Assembly (NCBI RefSeq): GCF_963921235.1 | Contig: NC_086097.1 | Coordinates: forward strand, 120,220,001-120,284,000 | DNA length: 64,000 nucleotides | Source of the DNA: Mobula hypostoma | Taxonomy: Eukaryota | Direction: 5' to 3' | Part shown: piece by piece, positions 1 to 12,029 of the stretch | Layout of the letters: each line of letters begins with the position of its first letter | How positions within the stretch are numbered: position 1 is the stretch's first letter | The notes under the pieces: generated by a model | What the model was told of the DNA's origin: nothing | Seen by the model: the letters and a program-made list of their open reading frames with translations, nothing else | The model's database searches: none | Program-made: the position numbers and the translations under genes

Positions 1-240
1 ATTCCAAGACTGTGCGCTCTGGCCTTAGACAGCCCCACTGTAGGAAACACCATCTCCACATCCATTCTATCTAGGCCTTCCGACATCCGAAAGGTTTCAA
101 TAAGATTCCCCCATCATTCTTCTAAACCCCAGCAGGTGCAAGCCCAGAGCTTCTCATATGTCAACCCTTACATTCCTGGGATAATTTTTGTGAAACTTCT
201 CTGGACCATCTCCAATGTCAGCACATAACTGCATACAATA

Positions 241-1629
241 TTTATTAGTGCCTCATTGTCCGGGTAATTATAGACTAGTGAGCCTTATGTCTGTGGTGGG
301 AACACTGTTGGAAAAGATTCTTAGAGATAGGGTCTATGGGCATTTAGAGAATCGTGGTGTGGTCAGGGACAGTCAGGGTGGCTTTGTGAAGGGTAGATCG
401 TGTCTAACAAGCCTGGTAGAGTTCTTTGAGGAGGTGACCAGGCATATAGATGAGGGTAGTGCAGTGGATGTGATCTATATGGATTTTAGTAAGACAAGGT
501 TCCACGCTGTAGGCTTACTCAGAAAGTCAGAAAGCATGGGATCCAGGGAAGTTTGGCCAGGTGGATTCAGAATTAGCTTACCTGCAGAAAGCATAGGGTC
601 ATGGTGGAGGGAGTACATTCGGATTGGAGGATTGTGACTAGTGGTGTGCCACAAGGATCAGTTCTGGGACCTCTACTTTTCGTGATTTTTATGAACGACC
701 TGGATGTGGGGGTAGAAGGGTGGTTTGGCAAGTTTGCAGATGACGCAAAGGTTGGTGGTGTTGTAGATAGTGTAGAGGATTGTGGAAGTTTGCAGAGAGA
801 AATTGATAGGATGCAGAAGTGGGCTGAAAAGTGGCAGATGGAGTTCAACCCAGAGAAGTGTGAGGTGGTACACTTTGGAAGGATAAACTCCAAGGCAGAG
901 TACAAAGTAAATGGCAGGATACTTGGTAGTGTAGAGGAGCAGAGGGATCTGGGGATACATGTCCACAGATCCCTGAAAGTTGCCTCACAGGAGATAGGGT
1001 AGTTAAGAAAGCTTATGGGGTGTTAGCTTTCATAAATCGAGGGACAGAGTTTAAGAGTCACAAAGTAATAATGCAGCTCTATAAAACTCTGGTCAGGCCA
1101 CATTTGGAGTACTGTGTCCAGTTCTGGTCGCCTCACTATAGGAAGGATGTGGAAACATTGGAAAGGGTACAGAGGAGATTTACCAGGATGCTGCCTGGTT
1201 TAGAGAGTATGGATTATGATCAGAGATTAAGGGAGCTAGTGCTTTACTCTTTGGAGAGAAGGAGGATGAGAGGAGACATGATAGAGGTATACAAGATATT
1301 AAGAGGAATAGATAGAGTGGACAGCCAGCACCTCTTCCCCAGGGCACCACTGCTCAATACAAGAGGACATGGCTTTAAGGTAAGGAGCGGGAAGTTCAAG
1401 GGGAATATTAGAGGAAGGTTTTTTTTACTCGTAGAGTGGTTGGTGCGTGGAATGCACTGCCTGAGTCAGTGGTGGAGGCAGATATACTAGTGACATTTAA
1501 GAGACTACTAGACAGGTATATGAAGAAATTTAAGGTGGGGGGTTATATGGGAGGCAGGGTTAAGGGTCGTCAGAACATTGTGGGCCAAAAGGCCTGTACT
1601 GTGCTGTACTATTTTATGTTATATGTTCT
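241..1629 (+). mobile_element. 5'-truncated CR1/HER1 LINE (frameshifted RT domain plus 3' tail)
   Basis: ORFs 215-637, 601-1002 and 1020-1490 contain PGNYRLVSL, YMDFSK, SGVPQGSVLGPLLF, KFADDAK and RPHLEYCVQFWSP; the 3' tail is CTGTACTGTGCTGTACTATTTTATGTTATATGTTCTA. Confidence 0.92.
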
Positions 1630-2229
1630 ATAAAGTGTAGTCTCATCAATGCCTCATAATGCCACAGTGTTACTCCCTTGCTTTTATGTTCTAATTCTCT
1701 CAAAATTAATGCTAACATTGTATTTACCATCCTTATCACTGACTCAAACAGCAAGTTACATTTATGGAATCCTGCATGAGGACTCTCAAGTCCCTTTGCA
1801 CCACTCCAGCTGAATTTTCTTCCCATTTAGAAAATGGTCAACCCTTTTATTCCTCTAGGAAAATGCATGACCAAACATTTCCCTGCACTGTATTCCATCA
1901 GCCACTCCTCTCTCCATTCTCCTCATCTGTCTAAGCCCTTCTGCAGACTCCTTGTTTCCTTAAAATTATCTTCCTCCTCCAAATTTATTTATATCATCCA
2001 TCATCTTAGTCACAAAACCATTAACACCTTTGTCCACATCACTGACATGAAATGTGAGCAGAAGTGGTCCCACAATTAACCTCCACAGAACACCAGAAAG
2101 GACGCCCTTTATTCCCAATATTTTTTCCTGCTAGTCAGTTAATAAAATTGAAAGTTCAAATTTCAATGTAAATTTATTATCAAGGTATGTATATATCACC
2201 ATATACAACTCTGAGATTCATTTGCTTCA

Positions 2230-2641
2230 TTGTTGTGGCTACCCCTCGAGGTCGAGGATGATGGTCTTCATTCTGAAGAAGTGGCCCACAGACCAAAGAT
2301 GCCTGTGCATCTATCTGTTTAACGTGTACTTGATGTTGCACTCCAAGAAGCACACGATACTTAAATCAAACAACTGATTCCAATGGCATGGAAACTACGA
2401 CGACTGGAGCTGATGGATTTGTTGCAGCCTTCATCCGCCTTCACAGCTGTTGAGTTGGAAGTAACTTCGTCCACCTGTTCCACCGTTGAGGCCTTGGTTG
2501 GATTGTTCTTTGTCAGGGACCTCACCCTCAACCTTACCACCATGGGTGACCCTACCAGGAGCATAGCTCCAGACGGCATCACTCTCGGGATCACAGAACC
2601 ACACAAGCTTCTCCACCACGACAAGGTGACAATCCACGGAG
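2230..2641 (-). mobile_element. Short non-autonomous RTE/BovB-like element (5' UTR fused to 3' end)
   Basis: 13-bp TSD TTCATTTGCTTCA at 2217-2229 and 2642-2654. The minus-strand 5' end CACCTTGTCGTGGTGGAGAAGCTTG...GTAGGGTCACCCATG resembles RTE/BovB 5' UTRs, and CCCTCGAGGTCGAGGATGA resembles an RTE 3' end. Confidence 0.75.
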
Positions 2642-2768
2642 TTCATTTGCTTCACAGTAAATACAAAGAAACACAATAGAATCAATAATGAAACACACTT
2701 AAGATGGACAAACAGACAATGTGCAAAAGACAAACTGCAAATACAGATAGAAATAATAATTATAATAA

Positions 2769-5700
2769 CCAGCAGTAGAACTGGGGCCAGCCGACCGCAG
2801 CACCACCATGGATGCGACGAGACAGCAGCACCGGCCTCCGGCAGTAGTATACAGAGTTTGGAGAACACGTCAGATGGTGAGCCACTCAGTCGCATATTCT
2901 TGGAGGATAGGTGAGGAGCTAAGGCTCAGTTTTGGGCCCTGTGGGATGGTCTGGGATCAGTGACATAAGGTGCAGGAAGAAGACATCTATCGGTGCAATA
3001 TCAGCTGCAGCCACCCCAGCTCCTCAGTCCTGAAACAAATTCAGACACATCTGTACTCAAATTGGGCGGTGCAATGGTCAGCGTCCGTTCTCCATGTTAG
3101 CAGCAGCTGAAACTAAATTCTGGCTGTAGGTATAAAAAGCAATACCTTTTTGCTTTAGAAATGGAGAGATGTCTACAGAACAGAGTGATAGGGCGGCTGC
3201 CTGCGGAACGCCAGGGCAGGCCAGGAGCTGGCGCTGGGCATAACAGTAAGCGAACCACTAGTGGTGCCCTGCTGAATAGGCGGACAGGCACTGGCAAACC
3301 TGAAAAAGATACTGCCAGTGCTCAAAGTAGTCTACTAACACCACAGACTTTGACTGCAGCAAGTGTTTCTCAGGGGAACAGACCACTTACATCTGAGACC
3401 ACTCAAGCGGTTAAGAGAAGAAAGACACACATGAAATGGTCATTAGAAGAGAACACATTCATAATGTGCCTATATTACTGAGTAATAGAATTTGAGACTG
3501 ACATGACAGCACACAGAAACTAATTTCATCAACAGATTATAGTGCAATATCACTTCATGCAAGTAAATGCACAGCAAATAGCAGATCAATGCAGAGCGAT
3601 AGTAAAAAATAACTTGTTCCTGATAGACATGTTAAACCAAATAAAATGTGAAGTTGCACAAGAAAGAAACCAACCTAAAGATCACGACAATTCTACACAA
3701 GATAATAATGAAGATGCAACCCACTGAAGCACTGATGAAAGTACAATTATTTAGACTGCTTCACAATCAGACCTTAACAACAACACAAACGTAGAGCCTC
3801 TGCAGAATGCTGATGATGAAGCTGAGCTTACAGTAAAAAATAATTATCGCCTAATATTTAATACTGCACTAACAGAATATATGGGCACTGACTCAACAAA
3901 AAAACCCTACGTACCCAAACAAAATACATCATCAAAATTTGCAAAAAATGGTAATACACTCAATAGTATTATATTACCACAACATTTAGCAAAACTTGAA
4001 ACATTTGAAGAATGACATACAATAACATACTGAGCAGCATTAACGGTGGTGCAATGCAATGGCTCCAAAATAGAGGCACTCATTAATAGGTTCTCAAAAC
4101 TGAGTAATGAATTGAAAACACTGAAATGGCAGAAAAGATTAAACAACAAAATTGCAACCTTAAGATCAGAAATAGCCCACCGAATGGAATATAAAAAGAA
4201 TAACCCAAACAAGATAGTTAAGGGAAAAGCTAAGGAAATATAAGGTCTGTACAAGATCTGATCAACCTAACAAAAGCACTGTAGAATTTATAGATATACT
4301 AAAACAAAAGCTTGGTGCAAACAAAGCCTGATTGAATAGATAAATAAAATGTACCAGATGAAGAAAACAGAATTATCAGAATAAGAATCAGAATAAATTC
4401 AGAAACAAAGATAAAGGTTTATATAGGACATCGTAACTAAATTTGATGCACCAAAATGTCACCAACCCCAGCACAGAATTACCAACAAATACAGAGGTCA
4501 AGATTAGGGAGGAAAAAGAACACACACACAACTGAAGAAATGCAAATACCTGAAGTTGCAATAGATATGCTGAAAGAGGTTATAAAATATCCACAGCTGG
4601 AAAAGTACTGGAAATGATAATATTCATAATTATTGGTACAAAAAACTATTTGACTTCATCCATATCTATTAATGCATATCAACAAGTTTCATAATGATCC
4701 TGAAAGAATACCTGAATTTTTGAAAGAAGGTAAAACGTATGTTTAACCTAAAGGTAAATTCTCAAAAGTTCCATCAAAATATCATCCCATTACTTATTTA
4801 CAAACTATATAACTATATATAAAATTGTAATATCATGTATCTTGCAACTAATCAGCACTCACTTAGGCAACCACAATATACTAGTAGAAAAGCAGAAAGG
4901 ATGCCATAGGGATATGAAAGGATGCAAAGAACAACCAGTAATAGATTTGTAATTCTAAATCAAGCCTGGCAGAAAAACAGGAATCTTTCATCTTGTTATA
5001 TCGACTTTACATTGTTTTATATTGTTATAAAAACATTTGACTCAGATCCACACTCATGGTTAATAAAAGTTCTTGATATATATATAAACTATACTCAATA
5101 CTTGTACAATTCCTGCAACATCTGATGAAGCATTATTGTACTGTAATCACCCTATCAAAAAACCAAAAACAAACAACCACTATCAAAATAAACAGAGGTA
5201 TTTTCCAAGATGCGTCTCAAAGCTCACTATAGTTCTGTCCAGCTTTAAACTCACTCTCTAATTTACTGAATTGGATGAAAATTGGGTATCAAATCAGAAA
5301 CAACAAAATGAGCTACACCATAACACACTTTCAGCACATAAATGATTTAAAATTATCCTTCATCAGTTAAGCTAAAGCAATTAATTCAAATAGAAGAACT
5401 ATTTTCAAAAGATATAAACATGAACTTTGGACTGGATAAATGCAGAATATTAAACATGAGAAAGGTGCAATCGAGCTAATAGAATACAAAACAGAGCCGC
5501 AGGATACAATGCAAAAGATGGATGAATCTGAAGCATATAAATATCTGGAATATCAACAAGGGAAGAAAATAGTTCATAGTGCAATAAAGGAAAAACCTTT
5601 GACAGAATTTACTTCAAGGCTTAAGAATATCTAACAAACAGAAGTCAGCAGTAAAATCATAACAAAGGCAATAAACACTTTCACTATACCTATATTAATG

Positions 5701-6839
5701 TATTCTTTTGGCATAATATCTTGATCCAAAGCCGAACTGGACAATTTACAAAGAAAAGTAAGAACTGAAATGACAAATTTCAGAAAGCATTACGTACACT
5801 TAAATGTGCTTAGATTAACACTACCTAGGACAGAAGGGAGAAGAGGAACAGCAGACATTAAAAATCTACACAACAGTCAGATAAAACTTCTAAGGATATT
5901 CTTTCATCAATGAAAATAGGAATTAGCACTCCACGCAAGCATATGCAATTTTAATAAGTACACATCCCTAAACTTAAATGAGAGTACAATGCAGAAAAAT
6001 GAAGACATTATCACTACTGAAGAAAAAGTTAACCAATGGAAGAGCATGACCCTCCATGGAAGACATTCCCTCGATCTGAGCAGACTATATGTCAACAAGG
6101 CTCAAAATGGGAGGCCTCTTCACAGAAAGAGAAAGTTTCCATATGGCAGTACAGGACCAGGTGGTTAACTCAAAAAGTATCAAAAAGAGATAACAAAAGA
6201 CCTATAAATTCAAGATAATAAATGTAGAAAATACCAAGAAAATCCAGAAATAGTTCAACTCATTGCAGGATCCTGTAGTCACTTAATGCAATCTGATTAC
6301 TTGCACAGGCACAATCAAGTGGCAATCATCATTCATCAAAATCATACTTTAATATACAAACTCATAAATGAACTCTCATCTTACTATAAATGCCTGTCTG
6401 AACCAGTTTTAGAGTCAGAATACCACAAATTATATTATGACTGATCAGTTATTACAGATAGGACAACCATAATAATTGTCTGCATATAATAATACAGGAT
6501 AAACAAGCAAGGGCAAATTTTTTAATAGATATAGTCATTCCAAACACAAATAACTTATAGAAAACAATAAGTGAAAAACACCCAGAGATATGATGAATTA
6601 AAAGAGGAAACCGAAGGATATTGTCCCAAAAATAATATCGACAACTGGTATCATTCCAAAGGCACTAAGCAATAGCATTAAGCAATTAGGCCCACAGAGC
6701 AATATTTATGTAAATCTTCACAAAGCCACGGTACTAAACACCACTAGAATAGTTCAAAAGTTCCTAGCAATTGAGAAATGGGTGGGCTTGATTATGCTTG
6801 TACTTTAGGTTTTACCAACCTGAGCTGAGAAAAAAAAAA
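2769..6839 (+). mobile_element. Decayed near-full-length R4/Dong-clade non-LTR retrotransposon (RT plus CCHC and restriction-like endonuclease)
   Basis: Manually translated motifs in the expected order: KWSLEENTFIMCLYY (about 3435), HSWKSTGNDNIHNYWYKK (about 4592), KYHPITYL, EKQKGC, KTFDSDPHSW, RGIFQ, a KCRKY..S-C zinc-knuckle remnant (about 6220), HRHNQVA (about 6304), LIDIVIP (about 6523). It ends in an A-run at about 6830-6839, has TAA-rich flanks, and contains many stops and frameshifts. Confidence 0.85.
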
Positions 6840-8769
6840 TACAATAACAATAAATCAATAATAAATATCGAGAACATGAGATGGTGAGTCCTTGAAAGTT
6901 AATCCATGGTTTGTGGGAACAGTTCAGTGCTGGGATGAATGAAGTTGAGTGAAGTCATCTGCTCTGGTTCAAAAGCCTGATGGATGAGGGTTAATAACTG
7001 TTCCTAAACATGATAGTGTGTATCCTGAGGCTCCAGCTGATCCTTCCTGATAGCAGCATGGCAGGGATGGTGGAATCCTTGAGGATGGATGCTGCTTTCC
7101 TGCAACAGTGCTAACAGTGCTCCATGTAGGTGAGCTCAGTGGTTGGTGGGGGGGAGGAAGAGGACTTTACCTGTGATATATTGATGTCCAGTCCATGGCA
7201 TAGCAGGCTATGATGCAACCAATAATACACTCTCCAAAAAGCATCTATAGAAGTTGGTCAGCGTTTCAGGTGACATTCTGATCTACAGAAACCTCTAAAA
7301 AAGTAAAGGTAATGCCGTGGTTTCTTTGTAATCGCACTTACGTTATTGACCCAGGACAGATCCTCTGTAGTGAAAGCACCAAGGAATTTAAAGTTGCTGA
7401 CCCTCTCCACCTCTGATCCCCTGATGAGGAGTGGCTCATGGACCTCTGCCTTCCTCTTCCTGTAGTCAATAATCAGCTCCTTGGTCTTGCTGGCAATGAG
7501 TGAGAGGTACTTGCTGTGGCTCCACTCAGCCAGATTTTCAATCTCCCTCCTATATGCTGATTCACCACCTATTTTGATTCAGCCAATGACAGTGGTGTCA
7601 TCAGCAAAATTCAATATGGCATTGCAGCTGTGCTTAGTCTCACAGTCATAAGTACAAAGCGAGTAGAGCAGGAGGCTAAGTACACAGCCTTGTGGTGCAC
7701 CTGTGCTGATGGTGTTTGTAGAGGAGATGTACTTCAGATTGGCAATGACATCTCCTCCATAGTCACCTTCAGCACACTTGATGATGTTATCCATGTCAGT
7801 AATAACATGGACTCTTACCTTATTTGCAGTGTTGTGTGTGGCTCTTATCTTGTTTAGCAGCCTTGTCAGAGGACTTCTGAAAATCAAAGTAAACAACATA
7901 AACTGACTCTCCTTTGTGTATCTTGCCTGTTATTTCAAGGACTTCCAACAGATTTGTCAGGCAAGATTTCCCTTCAAGGAAGCCATGCAGACTTCAGTCT
8001 ATTTTATCAATTTCAGACCTTTCAGCTTCCATAACACCTTCTCCTTAGTAATAGTAACTACATTCACTTCTGCCCTCTGACATTCAGATTTTTTAGTACA
8101 CTGCTGCTGTCTTATACAGTGAAGACTGATGCAAAATACCTATTGGGTTCATGTCATTTATTTGTCTTTGGCATCATTTTCCAACAGTCTAATATCAGCT
8201 CTTACCTTTCTTTCACTTTTTATACATTAAAAAATGAACTTTTATTATCCCTTTTTAAATTATTGGCTAGCTTACTTGCATGGTTCAACTTTTAAGCCAT
8301 TATTGTTTTTTAAATTGCCTTCTATAGGTTTTTAAAAGCCTCCCAATTATCTAGCTCCCCACTAAATTTTGCAATATTATATGCTTTTATGCTGTTCTTG
8401 AGCTCCCTTGTCAGCCACGGCTGTCTCACCCTTTAAAATACTTCTTCCTTCAGATGAATCTATCCTGCACCTTTGGAATTTCTCCCAGAAATCCAGCCAC
8501 TGTTGTCTTGCCATCATTCCTGCTAGTGCCCCTTCCAAACAATATTGGCCAGCTCCTCTCTCATGTGTCTGTAGTAGTAACAGTAAAACAACACTATAAG
8601 AAAAATACATCAAATTTTAGCATATCTCTCTCAATCTGCAGAGTAAATTCTATAATATTAAGATCACTGCCTCCTAAGGGTTCCTTTAACTTAAGTTTCA
8701 GTCTGAACTGGACAAAACTGGTTTTTACTAGCCAAAACCAATATTATCCAGCAGAAACAGGAAGGAATA

Positions 8770-8905
8770 CAAGCTGGAAGGTGATAGGTGAAGACAGGTG
8801 ACAGAGAAGGCAGGTAGGTGAAGGGTTAAGAAGGATCCAGAATGTAGAATAGAAAATGAGAGAAGGCAGAACAGGAGAAATTATTGGAAAGTGGAGAAAT
8901 CTTTC
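8770..8905 (-). mobile_element. Penelope-like element 3' fragment
   Basis: AGCTGGAAGGTGATAGGTGAAG... is the reverse complement of the pyrimidine-rich Penelope tail seen at 23010-23035 and 44315-44335. Confidence 0.55.
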
Positions 8906-10705
8906 TTTCATCTAAACACTTGGTCAGAAAGCCATCAATTCAATCATCATTGGTGGCATCCGTTAGTGTTGCGAGACGATAGATTTGCGCCTGGAAGGTT
9001 TCCAGGGTGCAGGCCTGGGCAAGGTCGTATGGAAGACCGGCAGTTGCCCATGCAGCAAGTCTCCCCTCTCCACGACACCGATGTTGTCCAAGGGAAGGGT
9101 AAGGGCCGATACAGCTTGGCACCAGTATCGCAGGAGTTGCCAGAACAAGGTTGAAGGCAACATTGGACTGCCTTAGAGACTCCAGCTCTGGATTTATCCT
9201 CAGGGTTTACTCCCGAAGCCTTTCCCATGAGTGGGTATGGCCGCAAGGCAGTAGAGATTTGAAATCAGAGTTTACCCTCTCTTAGGTGGGCTGCCTTTCC
9301 AGGCTGACCATCTTCATCTACCCGAAGCACTGGTTTTAAGACACCAGGACACACCTTCGCCCCTTCTCCTGTCAGTAGAAACAGTTCCGCCGGGATTAGA
9401 GGCTAAACCACACGAGCAGGCCAGGCGTTGGACTTGGTTGTCAGAGGCTATTTGAAGCGCATGCCATGAGGAGCACTTTTAGGTGGTGGGAGCTTGTCTC
9501 CACTACCACTCCTTGGCTTGACAACCTTGGAACCATTCATCATCCACATCTTGACATATAATGTGAAAAGACATAGTCCCAACACTGACCCCTATGGAAC
9601 ACCACTAGTCACTGGGAGCCAACCAGAAAAGATGTCCTTTATTTCCACTCTTTGCATCCTGCCAGTGAGCCAACCTTTTATCCATGTTAGTACCTTTCCC
9701 TTAATACCATTAACTCTTATCATGTTTAGCAGCCTCACGTGCTGCATCTTCTCAAAGGCCTTCTAAGTAAACAACCTCCACAGACTCTCTTTTGTCTATC
9801 CAGTCTGTTACTTCCTCAAAGAATTCCAACAGATTTGTCAGGTAAAACTTTCCTTGAAAGAAACCATGCTGACTTCGGCCTATTTTATCATGTACCTTCA
9901 AGAACCTCATCAAGAACCTCATCGACTCCAACATCTTACTAACCAATGAAGTAAAGTTGACTGGACTATCATTTCCTATCTATTACCTCCCAGCTCCTTG
10001 AAGAGTGGAGTGGCATTTTCAATTTCCTAGTCTTCCAGAACTACTTGTGAAAGATCACCATTTATGCCTTCATAATTTCTTCAGCAACCTTTCAAAACGT
10101 TGGGCTGTAGTCCATCTGGTTCATCACTTATTAACTTCAGACCTTTCAGACAAGTCTGACTCAAAACACTAAGAGCAACTTCACCATTCCCAGTTACTCC
10201 CTCTGCAGTGTCATTTTCCAGCAGTCCGATATCCAATTCTGCCTCTCTTTTACTCTTTATATATCTGAAAAAAAATCTTTAGTATCGTCTTTTATATTAT
10301 GAGAGATCTTACCTTTATATTACAACTTTTAACTCTGTATTGCTTTTTTTTAATTGCCTTCTGCTGGTTTTTAACAGCTTCTCAATCCTCCAGATATCAC
10401 AATTTTTTTGTAACATTATATGTCCTTTCCTTTGCTTTTATGCTGCCTTTGACTTCCCTTCCTTCCTTCCTTTCGAATACTTCTGCTTCTTTCGAATGAA
10501 TCAATCTTGCACCTTTGGAATTTCTCCCAGAAACTCTAGCCAATGCTGTTCTGCAGTCACCCCTTCCAATCAAATTTTGCCATCTCCTTTCTCATGCCTC
10601 TATAGTTCCTTTTACTTCACTGTAATAATGATACATCAGATTTTAGCTTCTCCGTCACAAACTGTAGATGATAATCACTGTCTACAAAGGGTTACTTTAC
10701 CTAAT
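8905..10705 (-). mobile_element. CR1-type LINE fragment interrupted by an RTE-derived element
   Basis: ORF 9752-9946 has SQHGFFQGKFYLTNLLEFFEEVT; the CR1 sequence is continuous across 8941-9532. Confidence 0.75.
8941..9532 (-). mobile_element. Second family of short non-autonomous RTE-like element (about 590 bp)
   Basis: GC-rich island inside a CR1. An (ATG)n-type tail reads TCATCAT followed by GGCATCCGTTAGTGTTGCGAGACGATAGA; a possible imperfect TSD is ATTCA(A)TCATC; the 5' end is structured and there is no RT ORF. Confidence 0.55.
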
Positions 10706-10709
10706 GCCT

Positions 10710-10875
10710 TGATTTGAACCAGATGAAACTGATTTGAACCAATTTGTACAGGCAAATACTAGTCTGAACCGGTTAGAAACAACCAAAACCAGTTTGAATC
10801 AGCTGAAATCAGATTGTGCTGGCCAAAACTCGTCTGGTCTGGCCAAAACTATGTTGAACCAGCTAAAATTGGATT
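10710..10875. repeat. Degenerate ~20-bp tandem repeat (GATTTGAACCAGCTGAAACT-like); a related stretch lies at 8700-8760
   Basis: TGAACC/TGAATC and AAAACT/AAAACC recur at about 20-bp spacing. Confidence 0.55.
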
Positions 10876-11131
10876 CATGAGTTATGACATTATGGATATC
10901 TTCAAGAGATGAAACCTGTATACAATTTAAAGGGACAATATAGATTCTGTCCCTTTGAAACAACTTAGGGGAAGACAATCAATATCCCTTCTGTTAACAC
11001 ATTGTATCTCAGCCAGTTCAGGACAGGTCTATAGCAGGTCTCTTAACATTCTGGTTGTTTGTACGTATATTCGTGGAGCCATCCATCAGCACTGCAACTA
11101 AAGGGGTATGTTTTGTGTACAGATGCAAGAA

Positions 11132-11792
11132 CAGTGGTTTCTGATTAATCAGGGCCAGTATATTTTGGCCCAAGTAAGCTGCTGCCCCAATTAGGCAAAG
11201 TTTCATGGAAATAGTGATAAATGTATAAAACGACAAACTACCATTTAATTGAGTAATAAATTATGTATTTAAATGAAATGCTGTATAAAATAAAACATTA
11301 TCAATACTACTACAGTACTATGAAACTGTGTTAATTCCTAATAGATATCGGCGGAGGAATCCATCGAGTGTAAGCTGCCATGTTCTTTTGATTGACTGTG
11401 GGTCAGCAAAATCAGCACAGAGACCTGGTGCAGTTATTGGACTGTACTTATTGCCTTCCAGCATGAAGTAGTGTCCTAATCCAGCAATAAATTTCCTTGC
11501 ACAATATTACCAAAAATCATTGCTTTTTGACCTAAATTGATAGCACAAACACAGGCAACTGATGCCATTTAAATACTGCTCACTCTAAGCATGGTGTAGT
11601 TTCTAATGGCAGCACAAGTGCATGTGGCTGACGCTGATTAGCAACTGTTTTGTAACAGTCTCCTGTCCCAATTAAGCCAAATAAATGAAGGGAATCCTGG
11701 CTATTTTCTCGATCAGTTTTCATTCTTTAAAAGTTGCCCCAAATAAGTGGCTGCCCCTATTAATCGATGGCCCAATTAACTAGAATCCACTG
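11132..11792. mobile_element. Tigger/pogo-like MITE
   Basis: Left end CAGTGGTTTCTGATTAATCAGGGCCA versus right end TGGCCCAATTAACTAGAATCCACTG followed by TA; subterminal GCTGCCCC-ATTA repeats at both ends. Confidence 0.75.
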
Positions 11793-12029
11793 TACCTCAT
11801 TTCCCTTACATCTAAGAATCTATTGCTTTGTACATACATGGTGAGTGAGTCTCCACAGATCTCTCAGATAAGCAATCCCAAATAATCCTCACTCCCTGGG
11901 TGAAGTAATATCCTCTCCTCTGAACTCTGAAGATTGGTCCTTTACTCTGCAACGTCAGTCCCTGGTTTTATATACGTAACTCAAGCGGGTTAAATGGCAA
12001 TTAAACATCTATATTCTAGTAATGCGATT

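Larger units (their letters stand above)
2150..7740 (-). mobile_element. Rex1/Babar-type LINE 3' portion, interrupted by an RTE-derived element and the R4/Dong element
   Basis: ORF 7579-7899 has ISTGAPQGCVLSLLLYSLCTYDC...NFADDTTVIG; the 3' tail lies near 2150-2230 (AAAGTTCAAA...AAATTTATTATCAAGG); the tail sequence continues at 2642-2768 and from 6840. Confidence 0.8.
1..8695 (-). mobile_element. Old CR1/HER1-type LINE, split into pieces (1-240, 1630-2140, 7790-8695) by nested insertions
   Basis: Reverse-strand CR1 ORF2 sequence resumes colinearly across each insertion, e.g. ...ACTGCATACAATA | TAAAGTGTAGTCTCATC...; the reverse ORF 1614-1826 carries the CR1-like YEALMRLH motif. Confidence 0.7.

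Noticed and set aside
10929..10956. Hairpin AAAGGGACA-N10-TGTCCCTTT resembling a terminator
   Set aside because: It is an isolated 9-bp stem in eukaryotic DNA with no associated gene, compatible with chance.
11018..11131. VAVLMDGSTNI as a hAT catalytic motif or exon
   Set aside because: The match is too short, the ORF starts inside a MITE, and there are no supporting motifs or splice signals.
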